Below, one piece after another: positions 11,706 through 24,341 of a stretch of DNA of 64,000 nt (position 1 is its first letter; each line of letters begins with the position of its first letter). Origin of the DNA: Malacoraja senta (lineage: Eukaryota); NCBI GenBank assembly GCA_038087875.1, contig CM075997.1:6078001-6142000 (forward strand), read 5' to 3'. The translations under genes and the position numbers were made by a program. The notes beneath the pieces were generated by a model, which was not told the origin of the DNA, did no database searches, and saw only the letters and a program-made list of their open reading frames with translations.

Positions 11706-13242
11706 GACCAATAGGCTAAGGAATAGAAGATGGGGTTTAATTCAAATAAATGCCAGGTGTTGCATTTTGGTAAAAAAAAAACAGGGCAGGACTTGCACGG
11801 TAAATGATAGGGCTCTGGAGAGTGTGAGGGTACATAGTTCATTGCATGTAGCAACGGAAGCAGACCTGGTGATGTGGAAGGTGTTTGGCATACTTGTTTT
11901 CATTGGACAGGGTAATGAGTTCAGAAATCGGGACATTGTGTTATAACTGTACAAGACTTTAGTGAGGCCACATTTGGGGGATTGTGTACAGTTCTGGACA
12001 CAATACTGCAAGATGTTGATGAGGCCACATTTGGAGCATTGTGCAGTTTGGAGTATTGTACAGTTATGGTCGCCCTGCTATATGCTGTCAATAAAGTGAA
12101 AAATGTGCAAATAGGATTTATAGAGATGTTGCTGGGACTGAAGGGTTTGTGTTATAAGTGGAGGCTCAATAGGCTATGATTTATAATGTTGATGAGGGCA
12201 GGGCAGTAGATGTAGTCAATATGGACTTCAGCAAGGTCTTTAATAAGGTTCTGAGGGGCAACGTTTTCACACAGTGGGTGGGTATATGGAATGATCTGCC
12301 AGGTGAATTATTTGAGGCAGATACAATAACAACATTTAAAACACAGGTACATAGATAAGAAAGTATACCTTATGAGCCAAACATAGGCAAATGGGACTAG
12401 CTTGGATGGGGCAACTTGGCCAATATGGATGGGTATTGATAAAAAGGGCCTGTTTCCGTGCTCAATAGCTCCAGAACCTTTTGCCTGGTGCATAGAAAAC
12501 TGAGGGGTGATCTTCAGCAGGTTTAGAGAATCATGAGGGACATAGAAAATGTGAATAGTGATAATCTTTCTCACAGGATAAAGGAGTCTACAGCTAGAGA
12601 GCAAAGATTTAAAATGAGAGGGGAAAGATATAAATTACATCGTTTTTCACACGGGGTGATGTGTATATGGAAGGAACTGGCAGAGGTGGTACAATTACGA
12701 TATCTAAAATACACTTGACCAGGCACATAGATAGGAAAGGTTTGGTGGGATAAGGGCCAAGCACAAGTACAGGCAAGTAGGGATCGCTCAGTTCGCTAAC
12801 TTAGTTAGCATGATGGGATGGGCTGTTTGACCAGTTTTCATCTTCTTTAGCTCTATGATTCTGTTCAGACTGTCACAAACCCCTCCAACCTCAGCAACCA
12901 GCGAAGAATAAACAATTCATTAAAGTGGATCAAATTATAATTTTGAGACTGCCATCTCAGAGTATTCAGTATAATTTATTAATTGCTGGTGGGTGCTCTT
13001 GTGGTTTGAAGTAATCTAATCCTCATTTTTAGATTCCCCATGAGGAATTGTTCCAAGCTATCCATTATTCTCCAATTAATGGAAGGCTTTAATGTGCGCT
13101 GTGGTTTACATTAAGATTCTCAGAATTAGAGTTAATCCTGTCTACTACAATTATACATTATTTGCAATTGCTAACCTTAAATTAATTGCTACTTAAAGTC
13201 AAAATGTTTATATCAATGCATATTTGACAAAATGTTTATATA

Positions 13243-13923
13243 GGTACCCGGACGTGGCGTTGAAGGACGAGAAGCCGAAGCAAAGAAGGCAAAGCCAAAT
13301 AGCCGAATGGAAACAAAGCCGAAATGCCAAATGACCGAAAGCATATGAAGCCGAAACGCCAACGAACTGAAAGGGCGGGACGCCTAAAAGCCAACTAACC
13401 GAAAAGCTGCGTCACCTAAAAGCAAACTCACCGAATGACCGCTCTGCCGAAACGCCACCTAACCGAAAGGCTGCGTCGCCTACAAGCCAACTAACCGAAT
13501 GCCGCTCTGCCGAAAAGTCAAATAACGGACATGATGTCGCCGGGGGTGGGACTTGTCAGCGATTGTTCCAGACCCCTGCGTCCATCACATCACTGGCCAG
13601 TAGAAACGGGAGGGTGGGGGTCATTTTCCCACACAAGCCATTATTTGACTTTTCGGCGGCGCGGCATTCGGTTAGTTGGCTTGTAGACAACGCAGCCTTT
13701 CGGTTAGTTGGCATTTCGGCAGAGCGGCCATTCGGCGAGTTTGCTTTTAGGCGACGCATACTTTCAGTTAGTTGGCTTTTCGGCATCCCGCCCTTTCTGT
13801 TCGTTGGCGTTTCAGCTTCGTATGCTTTTGGTTCGTTGACGTTTCGCCTTTGTTTCCATTCGGCTATTTGGCTTCGACTTCTTTGTTTCGGCTTCTCGCC
13901 CTTCGACGCCACGTCTGCACACG
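13243..13923. mobile_element. Foldback/MITE DNA transposon with about 290-bp TIRs built of GCCGAA-type subrepeats (MULE-like)
   Basis: 13243-13530 is the approximate reverse complement of 13638-13923; flanked by GTTTATATA (13234-13242) and GTTTATATC (13924-13932). Confidence 0.7.
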
Positions 13924-15019
13924 GTTTATATCAATGCATCAAAATTTGACAAATAACATCTCTGATGTCACGATAAAATTAACCCAAATACATGAAAGAA
14001 CTGTACAGCGTTTCAAAGATAGTGATCATCCTAATACCAGTTTATTCCTCTGCTTTTTATTCGATTATATCCTTTAGTTCTGTCATTTTAGAATTCGCAA
14101 TACTAATTTGAATAAACATTCAGAATATTTATGGAACTCTAATTACAGGAATATTGACATTTCCCTAATTATTTCACTACCTATAAATGTATCTATTTAT
14201 TTACAAAGTTCAGTTTTAAAATCTTTCCCATTCTCCACACCAAGTAACCCTTCCCGTTTCAACCACAACCCACGTGCATTAATGTCTAGATGCTAGCATT
14301 AAAATGGCTTGTATGGATGGCATTAAAATTGTCTACTTGTAATTGTCACTACATCGTGAAACTGACAACAACCACTGAGGTACAAGTATGTGCATTATAA
14401 TTTGAATTTTAACAATTGCTGACAGTAATCCTCTGGACCAACATTGTTGGCAGCCATCTCAAGTATAATGATAAATCAGCAAAATAACTGTATTGTACTT
14501 TTTTTTTTAAATGGCTGCTACTTTTTGAAACAATACTAGAAGTTCCATTTCATTACATTAAGTGAAATTAATTAAAAGTGGTAACCACCAGGCTTTTCTA
14601 AGCAATTAGTTAGTTCGCTAATAGTGGACTCGCCGACTTATTAGTGCAGCCTAATACAGAAAGAGAAAGCAGACCCCAAAAGACTTTTAAGGGAGGAAGG
14701 ATTCCTGCCTACTGAGCCTGGCACAGAGTACAGGAAGCCATGCTGTTATCTCCAGCTCTCTAAGTGGCCTAATGTCTGAAGGTTAAACATTTTTGAAGAC
14801 AGGTTCAAGTCTTATGCCCATATATGGAAAGCTCTGCCGAGAGATGAAGCCCATCATTGCCTTGAAATGTCCAAATTCATCAGGCTCAGGATCATCATTG
14901 GTATTCTTTACACAAAGAGACAGAACTTCAACTCATTCTCTTTGAAAAGGAATCAGTTAATTTCACAGGCATATGGATGTTCTTGGATTGTATGTGTCTC
15001 AAGGGTTCAGGGAGTGATA

Positions 15020-15529
15020 CTTACTTACTTACTGCCTATTATGCCTCATGGCATGTAGGGCAGCAACGAGTCCTCCGCTCCTGTCTGTTCTGGGCTCGCT
15101 TCTGGACACTACCCCAGGTCAGATCCATTGTTTTCATTTCCTCCTCGACAGTTCGACGCCAGGTGGTTTTGGGTCGCCCTCTTTTCCTTTTCCCTTCCGG
15201 TGTCCAGTGCAGGGCTATTCTTGGGATGCTGTCTGGTACATTCATCCTAGCATCTGTCGATAGCCCTGGAAGTCCATCACGCCTAATAGTGTTGATTCCT
15301 TCAGTTGCTGTTTCCGTAACATATTTGTTTTACGAGACACGGTTGTTAGCCCTGTGCTCAACCTCCAACCTGGAGGACCAGTGGGTCGCTCTTCGTCTCG
15401 CCTCTACCCTTCGACCTGTCCAGCATGGGAGAACCTAACAGGAAACAAATCTCCTGCTGGCATAGCTCTAGGGGTCACTGAGACCCACAAGCTCCCTGAC
15501 CACGACAAGGTTGCAATCCAATGGGGAGT
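15020..15529 (-). mobile_element. Internally deleted (bipartite) RTE-clade retroposon: 5' leader joined to the ORF 3' end, (TAAG)n tail
   Basis: ORF 15039..15245 (WTPEGKRKRGRPKTTWRRTVE) is an RTE C-terminus; leader contains CCTTGTCGTGGT; 11-bp TSD AGGGAGTGATA at 15009-15019 and 15530-15540. Confidence 0.85.
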
Positions 15530-15906
15530 AGGGAGTGATAGAGTGGGCTTATATTGCACAAATTTGTGTTTCCAAATCTCCACAGGAGTTTAAATGCTGT
15601 CACATCTTCAATGTAAAAATTCTCAGTTATTACCTGACTCTCAGCCTACGACAGTGAAGTGCATGCCATACTTCACCACTGTGCTTGATGATCGAGATCT
15701 CACTCCAAGCCATATTCCTGCAAGATGCCAATAAAATATGAGTCACAAACCATAACAGCCTAGTGTGATGTATTACCAGCTTTCTCAAGGTATTCACTTT
15801 GTGTCTGATCAGATCATATAAGCACTGCATCAATACAGTTTCATAGTGATCAGCTGTATAATGTAGTCAATAATGCACAATCAGTGAAATTATTATTACT
15901 TAATAT

Positions 15907-16809
15907 TGTGGCGTCACCCGGTGGTTAGGCCACTTACTACGTGAACCCTCGGCAGTCGGGTGTAGGGTCACGTGACTGGGTAATGGCGGGAAGGAGTCGT
16001 CACGAGGTGCAGGGGTGTGCCCTAGTGTATATATAATGAACCCCAGGTGGCTCGATCAATCGGCGGTACCTTGGAAGGCCCAGAAACCAGGCCCTCAATC
16101 CACTGGGTGTTCGGCTGCACCACGTGTCCCGAACAACCCCGGTAAGGGGAAGTGGTGTTACTGCCACCAGCGCTGGGGTCCCGCAGCTCATCAGTGCCGC
16201 CCGCCCTGCTCATATCCGGGAAATGCCGAGGCCGGCCGGCAGTTGTCGCTGCGGCGGTCGGCCTGAAACACCACCTCTACGCTTGGGATCGACACTCGGG
16301 ACGACGTTTCCTTGTTGATACGGGTGCAGAGGTTAGCGTTTTTCCCCGTCAGGGGTCGACACTCGTTCTGCCAAGTGGGGGCCTTATCTGACTGCAGTCA
16401 ATGCCAGCTCCATACGGACGTATGGGGTTCGCACGATCCCGATCATCTTTGGCCCCTGCCATTTTACCTGGACTTTTACGGTTGCTGCGTCTCCCAGCCG
16501 ATGCCCAATGTCTGTTGGTGGATGTGCAGGGGCAATGCCTCGTTCTTCTGCCCTTTCAGTTTCGTTCCTCCGGTTCTGCGGGGGGGGGGGGGTCCTGTGG
16601 CGCCACTTACTTTTTGAACCCTCGGGGGTAGGGTCACGTGACCGGGTAATGGCAGGAAGGAGTCGTCACGAGGTATAGGGGTGTGCCCTGGTATATATAA
16701 TGAACCCTAGGTCAACCTTTCCCCTTTTCGCATGTGTGTTGTTCTCTTTGCTTTGACAATAAATATCTCTTAAATTCACCACACGTGGCTTGCTTATTCG
16801 CCCGCCATA
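15907..16809 (+). mobile_element. Deleted Gypsy (Mag-like) LTR retrotransposon
   Basis: Two LTRs starting TGTGGCG (15907, partial; 16596-16809, ending CGCCATA); G-run PPT before the 3' LTR; gag knuckle CYCHQRWGPAAHQCRPPC; protease FLVDTGAEVS; 4-bp TSD ATAT. Confidence 0.85.
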
Positions 16810-17839
16810 ATATCCAGTATTTAAGATATCAATGGACCTTATGCTTAAAATCTGCAGGTATACCACACTATAAACACAGTAGCAATTCCTGCTCTGAATG
16901 GATTTGTACCTCATTGCTCGGGTTACCCACGCATGATCATCCCCTTGCACTTATATGATTTGCGGGTTGCACTAAAGCTAAAAAAAATCTGTGAAAATTA
17001 TGATGGAGCCATGGAAGTATCTGAAGATTTTTGCTTTAAAAACTTTTATATAAACAGATTTGCTCATTTGATGCTGTTTTTTTCTAGATAGTGTTCATGC
17101 TTCATGGGATCTTGTGAGCAGGCTGACAATTTCAAACACAAACTCTAATTTCCAACTGCCATCTTTCTCCCTAGACTCCATAAGTACATGTTTCATTAAT
17201 TGCCAGCGATCATAAATAGAACATTTATCTTGTGGGATCTGAAACAGGTCAGACCAGCGTCTTTGTCAACCATTTTAATTTCAGAGATTTCACTGCAATA
17301 AATTATAAAGCAAACACAATCAAACTCAGTGAAGCATTATGCAGGAATAGGATCAAGCAAAAAATGTTATTGATCAGCAGAAACTGATTATCACGGATGC
17401 GCTGAAACACATTGTTAGCCAATTGACCAATTTTCATTTCATTTCACAAATCCCGGATTTTCCTTGACTGCATATGGAGTATTTAATTGCTTTCAATTAA
17501 TACTTTGAGTGTAAGTCATTGGAAATTATCACAGAATTGTATTTCATTCAGATAGTAGGTGCATGTTAATCATTTTTAAGGAATATATCACTGTGTCAAA
17601 ACTGACAATTGAACATATTCCAGCACATTAAACAAGCTGTACTGGGAGGATCTTTCTTCATAGAATTATGCAGCACAGAAACAGGCTGCACGGACCAACT
17701 TATCCAGAATTCCTAAGCTAGTCTCATTTGCCTGAATTCAGCCTTTATCCCTTTAAACCTTTCCTATCCTGTCCAAATGTCTTTTAAATGTAATTATACC
17801 CACCTCTACCATTTCCTCTGGCAGAGCATTCCATATACA

Positions 17840-18628
17840 AGAGTTCAAGAGACATTTATTATCACATCCACCAATTGGTACAGTGAGATTTGAGTTACCA
17901 TACAGCCATATGAATAAAAAGAACACAATACACTATAGAATTTAACATGAACATCCCCCACACAACAGAATCAAAATTTCCCACTGTGAGGGAAGGCAAT
18001 AAAGTTCAGTCATCTTCCTCTTTGTTCACCCGTGGTCGGGGCCTTTGAGCTCTCCACAGTCACCGCTACGGGCGGCCCGATGTTTCAGGCCCTCTTGCCG
18101 GGATGATCGGAGCTCCGGCGTCGGAACGGAGAACACTCTCAGCGGCTTGGAATTTCCGAATAGGCCACTTCCTGAAGTCCACAGGCCGAGCTGGACAGAG
18201 ATTCAACGCTGGTGACCCCCGGCAAGAGGTCGAAGGACGCCGCGATGTTAAAGTCAGCACCGCTGGAAGCTCCACGATGTTAAACAGCTGTCCCAACTCT
18301 CTGGAGCTCCAGCGATCCCCGGTAAGGCATCGTTCCGCTCCGTGATGGAATCCAGTGCTGTGCCGCTGCTGAAGCTCTGGCTGGTCTGCGGCAGGAAAGG
18401 CCGTGCCAATCCAGTTGGTAGGCCGCAAGGGGGGGCGAAGATGCAACTCGGGGAAAAGACGCATCTTCGACCGTGAAGTGACTGAGAAAACAGTTTCCCC
18501 CTTTCCCCCCCAACCCCCACAAAAAAAGACTACGAAACCTCCAAAAACATACTTTTGACACAACTAAAAATAACAAAAACGGTGAAATGACAGACAAACT
18601 GCTGGCGAGGCTGCCGCGCGCGGGGCCA
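17840..18628 (-). mobile_element. Non-coding GC-rich retroposon with a Rex1-like 3' end, inserted in a CR1 3' fragment
   Basis: 3' part is similar in inverted orientation to 45660-45836 (ttattgccttcc..acagtg, gtatggctgtatggtaa, cactgtacc, aataaa, cttgaa tail); CR1 sequence resumes after 18630. Confidence 0.5.
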
Positions 18629-19189
18629 CCCGATACCTGCCACCCTCTGCAAGAAAATCTGCTCCTTGGGTCATTTTTAAAACTGTCCTCGCACCCTAAC
18701 GTTTTAAATTCTCCTACCCTGGGAAAAGACTGTGGCAATCCATCTTTTCTAGTCCCTCATGATTTTTAACCTCGAAAGCCTCCATTGCTCCAGGGAAAGC
18801 AGTCCTGGCGTATTCAAACACTGCGCTATCGACAACATCCTTGTGGAGCTTTTATCAGTGCCACTTAATTAGAGTGAATAAATATAATTATCTAACATTT
18901 GGGAAAGGTGCTGCAATTTTGGGCTGAAGCACATTTTTGTTTGCTGGCAGTTCAGAAGAGAACTGCTGATGAGTTTTTTTCTGTGAACCCTGTGACCCTG
19001 GCTTCTTTGCCTTCCATTGAAGCCAATGACAGAGCTCAGTCATGCTGAGATATGGAACCGGATGGACCTTCCCAGACTAGTTTGAATGTATTTTTTTCAG
19101 GAAAGTATGTTTTAAAATTGATTATGCTTAAATACTTTAATTGACTTTAGCATTATTAGACACCGTTGAAAAGACCCTTTGCAATGACC

Positions 19190-19755
19190 CCTTCAGCACA
19201 AATGTTTGTGCTGAACATGATGCCTAGTTAAACTGATCTCATCTGCCTGCACATGATCCATTTTCCTCTATTCGTACCCTTCCATGTGCCTATCTAAAGG
19301 CCTCAAATGCCACTTTCATATCTACCTCAACCACCACCCCTGGAAATGCGTTCCAAGCCCCCGCCACTCTCTGTGTTTAAAAAAGACTTTCTCCCTCTCA
19401 CTTTATAGTTATGCCCTCTAATGATGGACATTTCCACCCTGGGAATAAGGTTCTGACCATCTATCCTATCTATGCCTCTCATAATTTTATATACTTCTAT
19501 CGTCTCCCTCAACCTTTGATGTTCTAGAGAAAGCAATCCAAGTCTATCCAACCTCTCCCTGTAGCTAAAATCCTCTAATCCAGGCAACATTGTGGTAAAC
19601 CTCTGCACCCTCTCCAAAGCCTCCACATCTTTCCTGTAATTAGGCGACCAGAATTGCATGCAATAATCCAAATGCGGCCTAACCAAAGAACTATAGAACT
19701 GCATCATGACTTCCTGACTCTTGTATTCAATGCCCCTAGCAATGAAGGCACGCCT
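19190..19755 (-). mobile_element. CR1 LINE 3' fragment
   Basis: ORF 19327..19707 (LVRPHLDYCMQFWSP..ERVQR). Confidence 0.8.
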
Positions 19756-19871
19756 TTTTTACTTGTGCTATTGTGCTGCGTGCTATTGTGCTGTGTTAAA
19801 AAAAAATCCATCAGGAGACCATCTGGGAGTGGAGCATTAAGCCCCTGTCCCACTTACATGTCCTTGGCATG

Positions 19872-20975
19872 CTAATTACGCGACCTGGAGGTGGAGTGGT
19901 GGGTGAGAAGACTTTTTATGTAGGTGGGGGCAAGCCCATTGAGGGCTTTGTAGACATGGAGGAGGATCTTGAAGTTTATACAGAACCGCACAGGGAGCCA
20001 GTGGAGAGAGGCCAGGATCGGGGTGATGTGGTCCCTTTTTCGGGTGCCTGTCAGGAGTCTCGCTGCGGCGTTTTGGACCAGTTGCAGGCGGGACAGGGAA
20101 GATTGGCTGATGCCAGTGTAAAGGGAGTTGCAGTAATCTAGGCAGGAGGAGATGAATGTGTGGATGATCTTTTCGAGGTCATCAAACTGGAGGAATTGTT
20201 TTATTTTAGCTATCGTCCTAAGCTGAAAGAAGCTAGCTTTTACCACGGCATTGACTTGTTTGTCAAATTTCAGTGCTGAGTCAAATATCACGCCAAGGTT
20301 TTTGACGTGAGGTTTGAGTAGTGGGGTAAGGCTTCCAAGGCTGCCTGCCATCATTTTGATTGAGTCCGAGGGGCCGAGAAGGATGACCTCAGAATTACTC
20401 TCATTTAGTTGGAGGAAGTTCTGGGCCATCCAACACTTTATATCCTCGAGGCAGCGGGTAAGGTTAAGCAGATTTGATTGATTTTTGGGCTTCAGGGGGA
20501 GATAGAGTTGTGTATCGTCTGTGTAGCAATGGAAGGAAATGCCGTGCCTTTCAATGACTTGGCCTAAGGGGAGCATATACAGGGAGAAGAGAATGGGGCC
20601 AAGGATGGAACCTTGTGGAACCCCACAGCAGAGATTAGCTGGGGAGGAGGAAGAGTTGCCTATGTTAGTCGAGAAACTCCTACCTTTGAGGTAGGAGATG
20701 AACCAGCTCAGGGCAGTGCCATCAATACCAACCCCATACCGGAGACGGTCAGTTAGGATGGTGTGGTCGACAGTATCAAATGCTGCTCTGAGGTCAAGAA
20801 GGAGCAGAATTGCACAGTCGCCGGAGTCAACGGTGAGGAGTAGGTCATTGTGTACCTTCAACAAGGCAGACTCTGTGCTATGGTGAGCCCTGAAACCTGA
20901 CTGGAAAGTTTCCAAGATAGTGTTTTGGTGAAGGTAAGGTATAAGTTGACTTAAAATTACCTTTTCAAGGGCTTT
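19872..20975 (-). mobile_element. L2-clade LINE RT fragment
   Basis: 347-aa ORF with QSGFRAHHSTESAL, GVPQGSILGP, YTDD, LDYCNSL, LHWLPV. Confidence 0.85.
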
Positions 20976-21867
20976 CAGGGTGCTTCATACAATCTCCAGC
21001 TATTTACACGAAAAGGTAGACACTAAATGCTGGGGTAAATTTGCCGGGACAGGCTGCATCTCTGGAGAGAAGGAATGGGTGACATTTCGGGTCAAGACCC
21101 TTCTTCTGACTTGTCTATGTCATTGATGTAATAGATCTGTGACTTTCGGGGAGCAGAGCTACAGCCACACGCTATGCTTAAATAATTCTATATATAGAAA
21201 TTAGAATTACTGACCCCTTAAATTCTCAGCCTTTTGATTGTTGTGTAAACTGGCGACTGATCTATGGCTCATTTGTTAGTTTGCTGCATTTGGAGTGAAT
21301 CAACTTGCCCTCCACTTATGGAAAAGGGATTTATATCATTCTTTGAGTGATTCCTTGAATGGAGCCTGTTGGGTTGGGGCTTCTGTAGATCTACAAGTAT
21401 TAAACTTATGGAAGGGTCACGTGGTCCAATGAATCAGGGCCAAACATTTCTGAATGTTCATGGCCAACCACAAAAATAACATTTTCAAGGCAGACACTAA
21501 ATATCTGAAAAGTTTGCATATCACATTTATTTTTAGACAATACATGTTGCCTGCAATAGTTCCAGGTTAACAAGTAACACCCCTCATCCCTCCACTCCCA
21601 ACCATCTTTTTTGGGTGTTGCTCCTACCTGTTGCCCAGTTGATGCTGGCGATTATAATTTCTACAGATCACAGGAGCATAATGGCAAATGTTAGCAGAAT
21701 CCTCAATGCAATTCCAGTATTTGATATCTCTCTGGAAGCAACTTGTACCACTTCATTGTTGCCTTCTGCATCTCTATAAGCTTGTTATTAGTCATTGATC
21801 TAGGTTCTGCAATTGGAGGTACACAAGGAGGAGAAAAATGAGGTGGAAAAGATTGGGGAGAAGAAAC

Positions 21868-23241
21868 ATATAGAAACATAGAAAATAGGTGCAGGAGTAG
21901 GCCATTCGGCCCTTCGAGCCTGCACCGCCATTCAATATGATCATGGCTGATCATCCAACTCAGTATCCCGTACCTGCCTTCTCTCCATACCCCCTGATCC
22001 CTTTAGCCACAAGGGACACATCTAACTCCCTCTTAAATATAGCCAATGAACTGGCCTCAACTACCTTCTGTGGCAGAGAATTCCACAGATTCACCACTCT
22101 CTGTGTGAAAAATGTTTTTCTCCTCTCGGTCCTAAAAGACTTCCCCCTTATCCTTAAACTGTGGCCCCTTGTTCTGGACTTCCTCCACATCGGGAACAAT
22201 CTTCCTGCATCTAGCCTGTCCAGCCCCTTAAGAATTTTGTAAGTTTCTATAAGATCCCCCCTCAATCTTCTAAATTCTAGCGAGTACAAGCCGAGTCTAT
22301 CCAGTCTTTCTTCATATGAAAGTCCTGCCATCCCAGGAATCAATCTGGTGAACCTTATCTGTACTCCCTCTATGGCAAGAATGTCTTTCCTCAGATTAGG
22401 AGACCAAAACTGTACACAATACTCCAGGTGTGGTCTCACCAAGGCCCTGTACAACTGCAGTAGAACCTCCCTGCTCCTATACTCAAATCCTTTTGCTATG
22501 AATGCTAACATACCATTCGCTTTCTTCACTGCCTGCTGCACCTGCATGCCTACTTTCAATGACTGGTGTACCATGATACCCAGGTCTCGTTGCATCTCCC
22601 CTTTTCCTAATCGGCCACCATTCCGATAATAGTCTACTTTCCTGTTCTTGCCACCAAAGTGGATAACCTCACATTTATCCACATTATACTGCATCTGCCA
22701 TGCATTTGCCCACTCACCCAACCTATCCAAGTCACCTTGCAGCCTCCTAGCATCCCTCACAGCTAACAGTGCCCCCCAGCTTCGTGTCATCCGCAAACTT
22801 GGAGATGTTGCATTCAATTCCCTCATCCAAATCATTAATAAATATTGTAAATAGCTGGGGTCCCAGCACTGAGCCTTGCGGTACCCCACTAGTCACTGCC
22901 TGCCATTCTGAAAAGGACCCGTTTACTCCTATTCTTTGCTTCCTGTCTGCCAGCCAGTTCTCTATCCACATCAATACTGAACCCCCAATACCGTGTGCTT
23001 TAAGTTTGCATACTAATCTCTTATGTGGAACCTTGTCGAAAGCTTTCTGAAAGTCCAGATATAACACATCCACTGGTTCTTCCTTATCCACTCTACTAGT
23101 TACATTCTCGAAAAATTCTATAAGATTCGTCAGACATGATTTACCTTTCATAAATCCATGCTGACTTTGTCCAATAATTTCACCACTTTCCAAATGTGCT
23201 GCTATCCCATCTTTAATAACTGACTTTTTCCCCACTACCGA
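21868..23241 (-). mobile_element. Young 5'-truncated CR1 LINE with TTTCTATG-type tail
   Basis: ORFs 21960..22889 and 22747..23295 (KFADD); 9-bp TSD AGAAGAAAC at 21859-21867 and 23242-23250. Confidence 0.9.
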
Positions 23242-23633
23242 AGAAGAAACGCGAGCCCAACAGCTGGCAGAGGAGGAAGATTTGGCAGGCAGCACTGAAA
23301 GAGGACCCTACCTGGGCATGCTGTTAGGGCTCGCCCAGTTGTCTAGAGGGGCTTATCTTTAAAGTTTTGAGTGCAGACAGTTAACTTGTAGATTTAAACA
23401 TTAACAATGGAAGCTCATCTCAAATTATCTCAAACTCAATCCCTTTTGAATATTCAAGTATCAGTGAATAGTCCCTGGTGTTCTAAACACGACTCCAGGC
23501 ACTAAACATATCACTTTTGTTACAATGTGGAGGGATGGCGCTCTAGATATACAAGCAGCCCATGTATTAATTGACAAAACAGACATGTCCTGAAATGTAT
23601 ACTGGAGTGGCAGGGATAAGGCTTTAACAATAT

Positions 23634-24341
23634 ATTTTTATTTTTTTTATTTTTTTATTTTTTATTAGAAGTCTTGTACATTGCAGTGATATCAAGCAAA
23701 AATAAAATTATACATTTCTTGTACCACTTCTTATTTTAAACTTTAAAAAGAAGAAAGATAGAAAGAGTTAGCAAAGATAGTGAGTGAGTGGTAGAGTGGT
23801 CCAGAGAAACCCGTAGGGACATACACCACAAGAAAGAGTTAAACAGAAAACCAAAGAAAAAGAAAGAAAAAAAATAGAGAACAGAAAGTAAGATAAGATA
23901 AGATAAGATAAAAGGGATGTACCTACTTCGTATCTTTACACACCCCTCACCAGGTCCTGAAACCATTTATTTTCAATGTTTTGTTGCACCCTATGCTTGT
24001 AATAAGTCGATAAATGGAGACCAAATCTTTTGGAAATGGTCTGATTTGCCTGCTAAGAGGAATCTCATGTCTTCCAGGTGTAACAGTTCAGACATATTAG
24101 AAATCCACATTTTTATCGTTGGTGTGGGAGCGTTTTTCCAGAATTTAAGTATAAGTTTTTTTGCCATTATTAAGCCGTAATTAAGGAAGCTCTTTTGGAA
24201 GTCAGCTCAAAGCTGGCTTCCATTGTTCCGAAAATAATCAGTTCTGCATTCGGTTTCAGTTTTATTTTAAATAATTTCGTAAAAATGTCAAAGATTTCAT
24301 TCCAAAATTTTTGGATTTTTATACAAAAAACAAAAGAATGT
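23634..24341 (-). mobile_element. 5'-truncated L1-clade LINE related to the element at 1-668
   Basis: Minus strand encodes HSFVFCIKIQKFWNEIFDIFTKLFKIKLKPNAELIIFG; A-rich tail; 13-bp TSD GCTTTAACAATAT at 23621-23633 and 24342-24354. Confidence 0.85.

Larger units (their letters stand above)
10720..12860 (+). mobile_element. Cluster of degraded CR1 LINE fragments
   Basis: ORF fragments such as VTYINDLNNTVDG..SKLAD and MDFSKVFNKV, plus CR1 3'UTR-like segments. Confidence 0.65.

Noticed and set aside
13556..14077. ORFs with repeated peptides
   Set aside because: They reflect subrepeats in the foldback element's arm and show no transposase motifs.
18066..18738. 150-165 aa GC-rich ORFs
   Set aside because: There are no domain motifs, they overlap in several frames, and they lie within a repeat.
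21690..23340. Purine-rich, coding-looking sequence split by the CR1 at 21868-23241
   Set aside because: The rejoined sequence gives no recognisable peptide or clean splice sites, and the RyR reading frame is complete without it.
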